Source: Chthoniobacteraceae bacterium
GTDB lineage: Bacteria > Verrucomicrobiota > Verrucomicrobiia > Chthoniobacterales > Chthoniobacteraceae
DNA length: 29,323 nt
Direction of reading: 5' to 3'
NCBI GenBank assembly: GCA_040081625.1
Contig: JBEBGD010000068.1
Span: 1 to 29,323 of the forward strand
Part shown: positions 8,247 through 17,176 of the stretch, in pieces
Layout: the number at the start of each line of letters is the position of its first letter
Numbering within the stretch: position 1 is the stretch's first letter
Notes under the pieces: generated by a model
Database searches by the model: none
Told to the model about the DNA's origin: nothing
What the model saw: the letters and a program-made list of their open reading frames with translations, nothing else
Program-made: the position numbers and the translations under genes

Positions 8247-9743
8247 TTGAACTCCAACGGAATCCTCCACAAGCACTGGTTCCACGTGGCTGCGCACTTC
8301 CTGATCGATGCACTGCTGCTGGTGGCGGCGTTTGTCGCCGCGGCGATCCTGCGCTTCGGCGAGGAAGCTGAAACCCCGCTGTGGATCCACTGGCCGGCGG
8401 TGCTGCTGGGAGCCGTGGTCTTTGCGGCCACCGTTTACATCATGGGTCTATACTCGACCCACAGCGGCACCCGCGGCGTCTTCGAGCGCGCCGTGCTCGT
8501 GCTCGGCGGTTGCGTGCTCGCGGTGCTTGTCATCATTGGCGGCTCTTACATCACCTCCGCTCGCCCACTTGGCCGCGGCGTCATGCTCCTCGGCGGAGCA
8601 CTGGCTTTCGTCTGCGTGCTCGCTCATCACATCTGGATGCTCTTCACGCTGCGCGCGACGCGCGAGCGGGTCGCCTACATCGTCTCGAGCGCGTTCGACG
8701 AAGCCGAGACGCGGCTCTTCGAGGAGATGAAGAGCCACAACTACGAGTTGATCGGAGTCGTCGCGGCCTGCGGCTATTCGCCCTCGGGCAAGGCGCCACT
8801 GCTGGGCACGCTGGACGAATTGCCCGAACTCGTGAAGCAGCACCAAATCGGGCGCGTGCTCTGCACGCACAAGAATCTCAACAGCTCCGCGCTCACCCGG
8901 CATTTCTGCCGGCTGCGTTACTCGGGCACGACGGTGATGCCGCTGATCATCCTCTGCGAGGAAGTGCGGCAGTATGTGCCGCTCGAGCTCGTCACGCATG
9001 AGTGGCTGCTCAGTGCCAGCGGCGAGCCGCACCTTCTCTACATCAAGAAAGTGAAGCGGCTCTTCGACATCATCGCGTCCTGCCTCGGCCTGGTGCTCGG
9101 TGCGCCGCTGGTCGCGCTCGCCTGGGTGGCGATCAGGCTGAGCTCGCGCGGCCCGGTATTGTATCGGCAGACGCGCGCCGGCCGCTTTGGGCGTAGTTTT
9201 CGGATGACCAAGCTGCGCACGATGTGCATCGACGCGGAGAAGGACGGCGTGCAATGGTCCGCGACGGAAGGCACCGTGGACCCGCGCGTGACGTGGGTCG
9301 GGCGCTTTTTGCGCCGCTACCGCATCGACGAAATCCCGCAGCTCTGGCACGTGCTCGTGGGCGACATGTCTTTCGTGGGCCCGCGGCCGGAGCGGCCGGA
9401 GATCATCGTGCAACTGGCGCGCGACATTCCGTTTTACGAGGAGCGGCTGATGATCCAGCCCGGCATCACCGGCTGGGCGCAGGTGAGCTATCCCTACGGT
9501 GCGTCGGTCCAGGACGCGCGCCGCAAACTCGAATACGATCTTTATTACATGAAGCACATGAGCTGGTTCCTCGATGTGTTCATCCTGCTCGACACGGTGC
9601 GCATCGTCCTCACCGGCGGAGCGAAGCATGTCACGCACTCCCCGGGTCATTCGGATGCGATGCGGGAATGGGAGCGGCTGAAGGATTCCGACACGGCAGC
9701 TTCGCCCGCACGAAGGCTCGACAGGGAACTCGAAGCAGTCTGA
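8247..9743 (+). CDS. Exopolysaccharide priming polyprenyl glycosylphosphotransferase (WcaJ-like sugar transferase)
   Basis: N-terminal TM segments, then KRLFDI, GPVLYRQ.R.G, KLRTM, DPRVT.VGRFLRRYRIDEIPQ, MSFVGPRPERP, PGITGWAQV, DLYY. Start uncertain; TTG at 8247 chosen. Confidence 0.92.
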   Translation: MNSNGILHKHWFHVAAHFLIDALLLVAAFVAAAILRFGEEAETPLWIHWPAVLLGAVVFAATVYIMGLYSTHSGTRGVFERAVLVLGGCVLAVLVIIGGSYITSARPLGRGVMLLGGALAFVCVLAHHIWMLFTLRATRERVAYIVSSAFDEAETRLFEEMKSHNYELIGVVAACGYSPSGKAPLLGTLDELPELVKQHQIGRVLCTHKNLNSSALTRHFCRLRYSGTTVMPLIILCEEVRQYVPLELVTHEWLLSASGEPHLLYIKKVKRLFDIIASCLGLVLGAPLVALAWVAIRLSSRGPVLYRQTRAGRFGRSFRMTKLRTMCIDAEKDGVQWSATEGTVDPRVTWVGRFLRRYRIDEIPQLWHVLVGDMSFVGPRPERPEIIVQLARDIPFYEERLMIQPGITGWAQVSYPYGASVQDARRKLEYDLYYMKHMSWFLDVFILLDTVRIVLTGGAKHVTHSPGHSDAMREWERLKDSDTAASPARRLDRELEAV

Positions 9744-9763
9744 GTTTGCCGGATTAACCATCC

Positions 9764-10906
9764 GTGCAAGAAACCAAGAAACGTCTCGGCTACATAAAGG
9801 GTGGGCTGTTTTCTTACACGAACGTGCGCGTTCGAGAGCAGCTCGCAGAGCAGTTCCCATCGCTGGAGCTCGACGTGATCGACGTGTGGACGGATCTCAT
9901 CGACGCACAACGCGGCGCCTACCCGCTCGCGCTCGCGCAAGCCGCGTGGCGCTACCCACGCCACCTGCTCAAGCATCGGAATGCGCCGAAAAACATCGCG
10001 CTCCGCACGCCGTATTTATTTCGCACGTTGCGCAGGCTCGTCGGCCAGCGGCTCGCCGGGCACGCGGGCGACTACCGCTTCACGTTCCAGACGCAGTCGA
10101 TCTTCGACGCCAGCACGCCGGGCGTGCCGCATTTCGTTTTCACCGATCACACACACCTCGCGAATCTGCGCTATCCCGCCTTTCGGCGCAGCGACCTCTT
10201 CCCGTCGCCGTGGACAGGGCTCGAGCGGGAAATCTACGGGCACGCACGGCACATCTTTGTGATGAGCGATCACGTGCGCGACTCGCTCTGCGAAGACTAC
10301 GGTGTCGAGCCGGCGCGCGTGACGACCGTGCATGGCGGCAGCAACGTCGATCCGTCGTCCATGCCGCTCGACAATGACGGGTATCGCAACCGCACCGTGG
10401 TCTTCGTCGGCATCGACTGGGAGCGCAAAGGCGGGCCGGCGCTTGCCGCGGCCTTCGAGCGGTTGCGCGAGCACGTGCCCGACGCGCGCCTCATCGTCAT
10501 CGGCTGCCGGCCGGATCTCGGCAAGCCGTGGTGCGAGGAACTCGGCAAGCTGCCGCGCGAGGAAGTGAAGCGCCACCTCGTGCGCGGGTCGGTATTCTGC
10601 CTGCCGACGCGCATCGAACCGTTCGGGATCGCGGTGATCGAGGCGTTCAATCATCGCCTTCCCTCTGTCGTGTCGAATGTCGGCGCGATGCCCTCGATGG
10701 TGCGCCACGGCGAATCGGGCCTGATCGTGCCGCCCGACGATCCGGCAACGCTCGCCGACGCGCTGCGAGAGCTGCTGCTTGATCCGGAGAAGTGCCGGCG
10801 CTTCGGCGAAGCGGGCTTCCGCGACTCGGGCGAGCGCTACACGTGGGCGAGCGCGGGCCGAAAGATCCGCGACGGCATCGAGCGGTCGCTCGCGACCGGC
10901 GGCTGA
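9764..10906 (+). CDS. Glycosyltransferase family 4 (GT-B)
   Basis: FVG.DWERKGG, EPFGIAVIEAF (EX7E), SNVGAMP.MV.HGESGL, YTW. Confidence 0.92.
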   Translation: MQETKKRLGYIKGGLFSYTNVRVREQLAEQFPSLELDVIDVWTDLIDAQRGAYPLALAQAAWRYPRHLLKHRNAPKNIALRTPYLFRTLRRLVGQRLAGHAGDYRFTFQTQSIFDASTPGVPHFVFTDHTHLANLRYPAFRRSDLFPSPWTGLEREIYGHARHIFVMSDHVRDSLCEDYGVEPARVTTVHGGSNVDPSSMPLDNDGYRNRTVVFVGIDWERKGGPALAAAFERLREHVPDARLIVIGCRPDLGKPWCEELGKLPREEVKRHLVRGSVFCLPTRIEPFGIAVIEAFNHRLPSVVSNVGAMPSMVRHGESGLIVPPDDPATLADALRELLLDPEKCRRFGEAGFRDSGERYTWASAGRKIRDGIERSLATGG

Positions 10907-10985
10907 CGGAAAAGTGACTTGCGGGCAAAGGCGGACTCGCGAAGGGTGCGAGCCTTTTTCTTCGCCAAATGTTCATAGCCGACGC

Positions 10986-11654
10986 ATGAGTCCCGCCGAA
11001 ATCTCCCGCTGGAATGCGGAGCTGCGCGAGAAATCCCCGCTCGAAATCGTCCGCTGGGCCGTTGCCCTGGCACCCGGACGCGCGATCGTCTCGACGAATT
11101 TCCGGCCCTACGAGGCGGTCGTCCTTCACCTCGCCACCCAAGCGCAGCCGGACATCCCCGTGCTGTGGGTCGATCACGGCTACAACCGCGCGGCGACCTA
11201 CCGGCACGCGGAACAGTTGAAGGATCTGCTCAAGCTGAGCATCAAGCCTTTCGTGCCGCGGATGACCACGGCGCACTACGACGCGATCCACGGCGGCGCG
11301 CCCGAGCCGACGCCGGAGAACGAGGAACGCATCAAGCAATTCAGCGCCGTGATGAAGCTCGAGCCGTTCGCGCGCGGGATGAAGGAACTCGCGCCCGCGA
11401 TCTGGATCACCGCGCTGCGCCAGGTCCAGAATCCGAACCGCGCCGGGCTCGACATCGTCTCGCACGACGCAAACTTCGGCGCGCTCAAGGTCAGCCCGGT
11501 CTTCTATTTCAGCGATGCGGAGATGGAGCAGTATCTCGCGCAGCACGCGCTGCCCAACGAGTGGGACTACTTCGACCCGGCGAAGGCCGACGAGAAACGT
11601 GAGTGCGGCCTGCACGCGCACTGGGGCAAAGAGGCTGCGGCGACCGCGAGCTAG
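10986..11654 (+). CDS. cysH: APS/PAPS reductase family protein, without Fe-S cluster cysteines
   Basis: VLWVDHGY, KLEPF, WITALR, C-terminal KRECGLH; directly abuts cysD. Start MSPAEISRW at 10986. Confidence 0.88.
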   Translation: MSPAEISRWNAELREKSPLEIVRWAVALAPGRAIVSTNFRPYEAVVLHLATQAQPDIPVLWVDHGYNRAATYRHAEQLKDLLKLSIKPFVPRMTTAHYDAIHGGAPEPTPENEERIKQFSAVMKLEPFARGMKELAPAIWITALRQVQNPNRAGLDIVSHDANFGALKVSPVFYFSDAEMEQYLAQHALPNEWDYFDPAKADEKRECGLHAHWGKEAAATAS

Positions 11655-12557
11655 ATGAGCAACTACCACCTCGACCATCTCCAGCATCTCGAGACCGAAG
11701 CGATCCACATCATGCGCGAGGTCGCGGGCGAGTTCGAGCGGCCCGCGCTGCTCTTCTCCGGCGGCAAGGATTCCATCTGCCTGCTGCGGCTCGCGGAGAA
11801 AGCCTTCCGTCCCTCGGACCTCCCGATGCCGCTGCTCAACGTCGATACCGGCCATCACTTTCCCGAGCTGAACGAATTCCGCGACCGCCGCGCGAAGCAG
11901 CTCGGATCGAAGCTCATCGTGCGCAAAGTCGAGGACGCCATCGCCAGCGGCATCGCCACGCCCGCGCCGGGCGAGATCAGCCGCAACCGGCTCCAGATCC
12001 CGACGCTGCTCGCGGCGATCGAGGAATTCCGGTTCGACTGCTGCATCGGCGGCGCGCGGCGCGACGAGGAGAAGGCGCGCGCGAAGGAACGTTTCTTCAG
12101 CTTCCGCGACGCGTTCGGGCAGTGGGATCCGAAGAATCAGCGGCCCGAGATCTGGAACCTCTACAATGCGCGGCTCAACCCCGGCGAAAACATGCGCGTC
12201 TTCCCGCTGAGCAACTGGACCGAGATGGACGTATGGGAATACATCGGGCGCGAGAAGCTCGAGGTGCCGACGATCTATTTCAGCCACCGCCGCCAGTGCG
12301 TGCGGCGCCAGGGTCAGTGGCTTCCCGTCACCGGTTTGCTGCCGCCCAAGGCCGGCGAAGACGTGCGCGAGGTCGTCGTCCGCGTGCGCACCATCGGCGA
12401 CATCATCAGCACCGGCATGGTCGAGTCGCCCGCGAACACCGTCGATGACATCATCGCCGAAATCGCCGCCGCACGCGTGACCGAGCGCGGTTCGCGCGCC
12501 GACGACAAGTCGTCCGAGGCGGCGATGGAAGACCGCAAGAAGGCCGGCTATTTCTAA
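11655..12557 (+). CDS. cysD: Sulfate adenylyltransferase subunit 2
   Basis: LFSGGKDS, DTGHHFPE, GGARRDEEKARAKER, WDPKNQRPEIWN, RVFPLSNWTE, MEDRKKAGYF. Confidence 0.98.
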   Translation: MSNYHLDHLQHLETEAIHIMREVAGEFERPALLFSGGKDSICLLRLAEKAFRPSDLPMPLLNVDTGHHFPELNEFRDRRAKQLGSKLIVRKVEDAIASGIATPAPGEISRNRLQIPTLLAAIEEFRFDCCIGGARRDEEKARAKERFFSFRDAFGQWDPKNQRPEIWNLYNARLNPGENMRVFPLSNWTEMDVWEYIGREKLEVPTIYFSHRRQCVRRQGQWLPVTGLLPPKAGEDVREVVVRVRTIGDIISTGMVESPANTVDDIIAEIAAARVTERGSRADDKSSEAAMEDRKKAGYF

Positions 12558-12564
12558 ACGCATC

Positions 12565-13893
12565 GTGGTCGCCGAAAAATCCCTCTCCACTCCGCCGGTC
12601 GATATCCTGCGCTTCAACACGTGCGGCAGCGTCGATGACGGCAAGTCCACGCTCATCGGCCGGCTGCTCTACGACTCGAAGTCGCTGATGGAAGATCAGA
12701 TCGAGGCGCTCGAGCGCTCGGCCGACATCACCGGCGGCGGCCAGATCAACCTCGCCAACCTCACCGACGGCCTCCGTGCCGAGCGCGAGCAAGGCATCAC
12801 CATCGACGTTGCGTATCGCTACTTCGCGACGCCGCGGCGGAAGTTCATCATCGCAGACACGCCCGGCCACGTTCAATACACGCGCAACATGGTCACGGGC
12901 GCCTCGATGGCGAACCTCTCGATCATCCTCGTCGATGCGCGCACGGGCGTGATCGAGCAGAGTCGGCGGCACGCGGCGATCGCCGGGCTGCTGCGCATCC
13001 CGCACCTCGTCGTCGCGATCAACAAGATGGATCTCGTCGGCTGGAGCGAGGAGCGCTTCCTGGAGATTCGCGCGCAGTTCGAGGAGTTTCTGCCGCGGCT
13101 CGATATCCAGGACGTGAAGTTCATCCCGATGAGCGCGCTCAACGGGGACAACGTCGTCTTCCCCTCGCCGCACACGCCGTGGTATGCCGGGCCCGCGTTG
13201 CTCGCGCATCTCGAGACCGTCCACATCGCGAGCGATTGGAATCTGCAGGGCTTTCGCCTGCCGGTGCAATGGGTCAACCGGCCGAACAATCCGACCGATC
13301 CCGCGCTGCACGACTTCCGCGGCTTCAGCGGCCAGATCGCCGGCGGCATCGTGCGCGTCGGGCAGAAAGTCATCGCCATGCCGTCGGGACTCGTGACGAC
13401 CGTGAAGGAGATCCGAACCTTCGACGGGCCGGTGCAGGAAGCCTTCTGCCCGCAATCAATCACGCTCGTGCTCGATCACGACATCGACATCAGCCGGGGC
13501 AACATGATCATCGGGCTGGATTCGCTGCCCGGGGGTAGCAGCGACCTGCACGCCGACATCTGCTGGATGCACCCGCGCCCGCTTCAGGCTGGAAAGAAAT
13601 ACCTGCTCAAGCACACCTCGAACACACTGCCCGCCGCGGTGATGGAGATCGTTCACAAGCTCAACCTTTCCAACTTCGACGCGGAGCCGGCGCCCGCCGA
13701 ACTCGCGATGAACGACATCGGCGGGATCCGCCTGCGCACCGCCGCGCCCGTCTTCTTCGACGGCTACTCGGTCAACCGGCTCACGGGCTCATTCATCCTC
13801 ATCGAGCAAGGCACGCACGCCACCGTCGCCGCCGGTATGCTCAAGCCGCCGATCGAACTCGTGAAGGCCGAAGGCGGCGATTACGCCATCTGA
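12565..13893 (+). CDS. cysN: Sulfate adenylyltransferase subunit 1 (GTPase), no fused APS kinase
   Basis: GSVDDGKSTLIGRLL, EREQGITIDVAYRYF, DTPGH, NKMD, SALNGDN, TGSFILI. Confidence 0.97.
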   Translation: MVAEKSLSTPPVDILRFNTCGSVDDGKSTLIGRLLYDSKSLMEDQIEALERSADITGGGQINLANLTDGLRAEREQGITIDVAYRYFATPRRKFIIADTPGHVQYTRNMVTGASMANLSIILVDARTGVIEQSRRHAAIAGLLRIPHLVVAINKMDLVGWSEERFLEIRAQFEEFLPRLDIQDVKFIPMSALNGDNVVFPSPHTPWYAGPALLAHLETVHIASDWNLQGFRLPVQWVNRPNNPTDPALHDFRGFSGQIAGGIVRVGQKVIAMPSGLVTTVKEIRTFDGPVQEAFCPQSITLVLDHDIDISRGNMIIGLDSLPGGSSDLHADICWMHPRPLQAGKKYLLKHTSNTLPAAVMEIVHKLNLSNFDAEPAPAELAMNDIGGIRLRTAAPVFFDGYSVNRLTGSFILIEQGTHATVAAGMLKPPIELVKAEGGDYAI

Positions 13894-13920
13894 CCGCGCC
13901 CCGGAAAAAAGCGCGGTTTT
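13893..13920 (+). terminator. Possible intrinsic terminator after cysN
   Basis: ACCGCGC / GCGCGGT stem with 11-nt loop, followed by TTT. Confidence 0.45.
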
Positions 13921-13925
13921 ACCCC

Positions 13926-13954
13926 TTGCGCCGCATGGGGCGCGCGCTTACAAG
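13926..13954 (+). promoter_or_regulatory. Putative sigma70 promoter for dksA-rpmG-rpsR
   Basis: TTGCGC (13926-13931), 17 nt, TACAAG (13949-13954). Confidence 0.4.
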
Positions 13955-14011
13955 ACGCGCCCAATTTTTCCCGTGCGCGTCGAGGAATTCGAGCTTCGCA
14001 CCCCGCGTATC

Positions 14012-14764
14012 ATGCCCAAACAAAAAGCTTCAAAACCATCGAAGAAAGCCCCGCCGAAGCGGACGGCCAAGAAAAAGCCTGCCAAGGCCGCCAAGGCCGC
14101 TGCACGCAAGCCTGCTGCGAAGTCCAAGCCTGCTGCGAAGTCCAAGCCTGCTGCGAAGTCCAAATCTGCCGCAAAAACGGCGGCTAAATTCAACGGCGCC
14201 AAGGCGAAGCCCGCGAAGCAGGAAGCCAAGCACAGCGTGAAGCCCACGGTGCGCGAGCCGCTCAAGCCGGCGAAGAAAGTCAAGCTGAGCCCCTTCCAAG
14301 TAAAGCAGCGCGAGCGTCTGCTGAATCTCCGCGACAGCCTGCTCGACTCGATGAGCGGCGTCGCGAAGGACACTCTGCGCAATCGCGCGGAAGGCAGCGA
14401 GGCGAGCGCCTTCGGGATGCACCAGGCCGACGCCGGCAGCGATTCTTACGACCGCGACTTTGCCCTCTCGCTGCTCTCGCAGGAGCAGGATGCCCTTTAC
14501 GAGATCGAAGAAGCCCTCAAGCGACTCGCTGCGGGCACCTACGGCGTCTGCGAAATGAGCGGCAAGCCGATCGCCCACGCACGCCTCGAAGCGCTGCCCT
14601 TCGCCCGCTACACCGTCGATTGCCAGACGGCGTATGAGAAGCAGCGCCGCATCAACAAATCGCGCACGCCAGTCACTTCGCTCTTCGGCCTGACCGACGA
14701 GGAAGCCGACGACGACGCGGAGGAAGAGAAGCCGGAAGCTGAAACCAAAAAAGAAGAAGAATAG
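14012..14764 (+). CDS. dksA: DksA/TraR family transcription factor with a histone-H1-like Lys/Ala-rich N-terminus
   Basis: MHQADAGSD coiled-coil tip, EIEEALKRL..GTYGVCEMSG.PI..ARLEALPFARYTVDCQ, acidic tail. Confidence 0.88.
   Translation: MPKQKASKPSKKAPPKRTAKKKPAKAAKAAARKPAAKSKPAAKSKPAAKSKSAAKTAAKFNGAKAKPAKQEAKHSVKPTVREPLKPAKKVKLSPFQVKQRERLLNLRDSLLDSMSGVAKDTLRNRAEGSEASAFGMHQADAGSDSYDRDFALSLLSQEQDALYEIEEALKRLAAGTYGVCEMSGKPIAHARLEALPFARYTVDCQTAYEKQRRINKSRTPVTSLFGLTDEEADDDAEEEKPEAETKKEEE
14108..14161 (+). repeat. Perfect 18-bp tandem repeat x3 encoding (KPAAKS)3
   Basis: aagcctgctgcgaagtcc x3. Confidence 0.95.
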
Positions 14765-14770
14765 ACCGCC

Positions 14771-14944
14771 ATGCCAAGCGAACTCATCACTCTCGAATGC
14801 ACCGAAGCCCGCGCTGAGGGCAAGCCGCCTTCCCGCTACATCAGCAAGCGCAACAAAAAGAGCCCGAACACGCCCAACCGGCTTGAGAAGGTCAAATACA
14901 ACTGGTTCCTGCGTCGCCGCACGCTGCACCGGGAGATCAAGTAG
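14771..14944 (+). CDS. rpmG: 50S ribosomal protein L33 (57 aa, zinc-ribbon-free form)
   Basis: Not in the ORF track. Manual translation [57 protein letters not shown]. Confidence 0.95.
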   Translation: MPSELITLECTEARAEGKPPSRYISKRNKKSPNTPNRLEKVKYNWFLRRRTLHREIK

Positions 14945-14953
14945 TCCCCACTC

Positions 14954-15196
14954 ATGAGCACGCCCAAGACACCGCAACGCCGCTCGAACTTCCGCCGCGC
15001 CAACCGCACGATGCCGCGGCGCCGGATCGATATTTCGATCGACGCCATCGACTACAAGAACCCCGAGTTGCTCCGCAAATTCGTCACCGAGAGCGGCAAG
15101 ATTCTTCCCCGCCGCGTCACCGGACTGCCGTCGCACTTTCACCGCAAGATCACCCGCGAGATCAAGCGCGCCCGCCAGGCGCTGCTCATGCACTGA
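14954..15196 (+). CDS. rpsR: 30S ribosomal protein S18 (Cys-free form)
   Basis: [26 protein letters not shown]...ITREIKRAR. Confidence 0.96.
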   Translation: MSTPKTPQRRSNFRRANRTMPRRRIDISIDAIDYKNPELLRKFVTESGKILPRRVTGLPSHFHRKITREIKRARQALLMH

Positions 15197-15278
15197 CCGC
15201 GCGGAACGCGAGCGCGACAAAAGGGATTGCAGCCAATCCCAAAGAGCGGGCTATGCTCATGGCTCTATCCATCACGCC

Positions 15279-15983
15279 ATGACCACACGCCGCTCCGTCC
15301 TCAAGTCCCTCGTCCTCACCACCGGCGCCGCCGCACTCAGCGTGCGCGCCCAGACCGCGCCGCCTGCCGCGCCGGAAGTCTTCAAGCTCCCGCCGCTCGG
15401 CTACGACTACGACGCACTCGAGCCGCACATCGACGCTGAGACGATGAAGATCCACCACGGCAAGCACCACGCCGCCTACGTCGCGAAGCTTAACGCTGCC
15501 ATCGCCGCAGCGCCCGGCCTTGAAAAGAAGAGCATCGAGGACATCCTCAAGACCCTCGACACCGCGCCCGAGGCTGTGCGCAAGGACCTGCGCAACCACG
15601 GCGGCGGACACTTCAACCACACGCTCTTCTGGCAAAGCCTCAAGAAAGGGGGCGGCAAGCCCGCGGGCGAACTCGCCAAGGCCATCGACAAGTCTTTCGG
15701 CAGCCTCGACAAATGGCAGGAGCAGTTCAGCGACGCGGCGATGAAAGTCTTCGGCAGCGGCTGGGCGTGGCTCGTCCTGCGAGACAAGAAGCTCGTCATC
15801 GAAAGCGCGCCCAACCAGGACAGCCCGCTCTCGACCGGCGCCGTGCCCATCCTCGGCCTCGACGTGTGGGAGCACGCCTACTACCTCAAGTACCAGAACC
15901 GCCGCGCCGACTACGTGAAGGCCTTTCAGGGCGTCTTGAACTGGGACTTCGTCAGCGCGCGCTACGCCGCTGCGGCGAAGTAG
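15279..15983 (+). CDS. sodA: Fe/Mn superoxide dismutase, Mn-type signature, with Tat signal
   Basis: MTTRRSVLKSL Tat-like leader; LEPHID, HHGKHH, NHGGGHFNH, FGSGWAWL, PNQD, DVWEHAYY. Confidence 0.93.
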   Translation: MTTRRSVLKSLVLTTGAAALSVRAQTAPPAAPEVFKLPPLGYDYDALEPHIDAETMKIHHGKHHAAYVAKLNAAIAAAPGLEKKSIEDILKTLDTAPEAVRKDLRNHGGGHFNHTLFWQSLKKGGGKPAGELAKAIDKSFGSLDKWQEQFSDAAMKVFGSGWAWLVLRDKKLVIESAPNQDSPLSTGAVPILGLDVWEHAYYLKYQNRRADYVKAFQGVLNWDFVSARYAAAAK

Positions 15984-15985
15984 CC

Positions 15986-16240
15986 GCCGACAACCCGCAC
16001 AACGGCACTCCCCTGCTCTACTCGCAACTCGCCGGGGGGCGACTTCAACGCGCAGCGCAATGTGATGCGCCGCACTACCGCGCACGATGGCGACAGCGCC
16101 ATCGCAGCCGACGCGCAAGGCCGCGTCCATCTCGCATGGCACGGCATCACGCCCGATGGCTCCCCGCAGGGCGAAGCCGATCGCACCGGATGGCGACGTC
16201 GCCGTCCTCTACCGCGTGGCCACGGCGACTACTAACCCTT
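15986..16240 (+). pseudogene. Frameshifted fragment of a BNR/sialidase-like beta-propeller protein gene
   Basis: Three frames join into NGTPLLYSQLAG / DFNAQRNVMRRTTAHDGDSAIAADAQGRVHLAWHG...GEADR / IAPDGDVAVLYRVAT; first shift at the G6 run 16034-16039. No start codon or signal peptide. Confidence 0.55.
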
Positions 16241-16261
16241 CCCTCGCCGCCGCTGCGGCTC

Positions 16262-17176
16262 TCACTTCACCCACTCGAAGAAGCCAATCGCCTCGAGTTC
16301 TGCGCGCAGCTTCGTCGTCTGCTCCGGCGTGAGCGTGGCATTTGGCAGTCGCGGCGGGCCGACCTCGATACCCAGCATCTGCATGACCGCCTTCGTCGCG
16401 CCCATGTAGCCGAGGCCGGCGAAGAGCTTGATGAGCCGCGTGCCGCGGAACTGCTCCTCCCGCGCCGTGCCGAGATCGCCGGCGAGAAAGGCGCGCAGGA
16501 GGCGCGTGTAGATCGGCGCTGCGAAGTTGAATCCGCTGCCCACCGCGCCCGTGCCGCCCATCGCGAGCGCGCCGAGGAATTGCTCATCGCACCCGTATAG
16601 GATGTCCCACTTGCCGCCATCGGCGTGGATGAGGAATTGGAAGGCCATGAGGTCGCCGTTGGTGAACTTGAGGCCCGCGAGCGTCGGGATCCGCGCGGGC
16701 GCTTGCTCGAGGAAGTCGGGCATCGAGTGGGAAAGGCCCGTGAGCACCGGAATGTCGTAGTAGTAAAAGGGCGTGCCCGGCGCGGCGCTCGCGAGAAGGG
16801 CCATCGTCGCGATGAGCGTGTCGAGGTCGCGCGGCTTGAAGTAGGACGGAGCGACTGCGGCGATGGCGGCTACGCCGAGGTGCTCGGCGTGCCCGGCGAG
16901 GTAGCGGGCTTCCTCGATGCAGTTCGTGCCGACGTGGACGACGATGCGCATGGGCGTGCCTTTGGCGACCGCGCACCAGCGCTCGGTGAGTTTGCATCGC
17001 TCCTCGGTGGTCAGCGAGGTGCTCTCGCCGGTGCTGCCGCCGATGAAGACCGTCTCGAGCCCGTGAGCGAGCAGGTGGGCGGCCTGCCGCTCGACGATGT
17101 CGAGATGCAGCGACCCGTCAGCGTGCATGGGGGTGTGGGTGGCGGTGACGAGGCCGTGGAGGCGGGTGTGGGGCAT
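16262..17176 (-). CDS. nanA: DHDPS-family class I aldolase, N-acetylneuraminate lyase-like
   Basis: GSTGES, VHVG, PSYFKP, YYYDIP.LTG, GLKFT (Schiff-base Lys), GCDE and GAVGSGFN matching NanA GxDE/GSTYN positions. Confidence 0.75.
   Translation of the reverse strand: MPHTRLHGLVTATHTPMHADGSLHLDIVERQAAHLLAHGLETVFIGGSTGESTSLTTEERCKLTERWCAVAKGTPMRIVVHVGTNCIEEARYLAGHAEHLGVAAIAAVAPSYFKPRDLDTLIATMALLASAAPGTPFYYYDIPVLTGLSHSMPDFLEQAPARIPTLAGLKFTNGDLMAFQFLIHADGGKWDILYGCDEQFLGALAMGGTGAVGSGFNFAAPIYTRLLRAFLAGDLGTAREEQFRGTRLIKLFAGLGYMGATKAVMQMLGIEVGPPRLPNATLTPEQTTKLRAELEAIGFFEWVK

Noticed and set aside
10927..10960. Terminator between GT4 and cysH
   Set aside because: Only a bulged 5+5 bp stem before TTTTT; too weak to call.
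8247..13893. Sulfated exopolysaccharide cluster (sugar transferase, GT4, cysHDN)
   Set aside because: No sulfotransferase or APS kinase, and cysH points to reductive assimilation; adjacency alone is insufficient.
14108..14161. Tandem repeats as a CRISPR array (also 6519-6548)
   Set aside because: No spacers, units too short, inside coding sequence, no cas genes.
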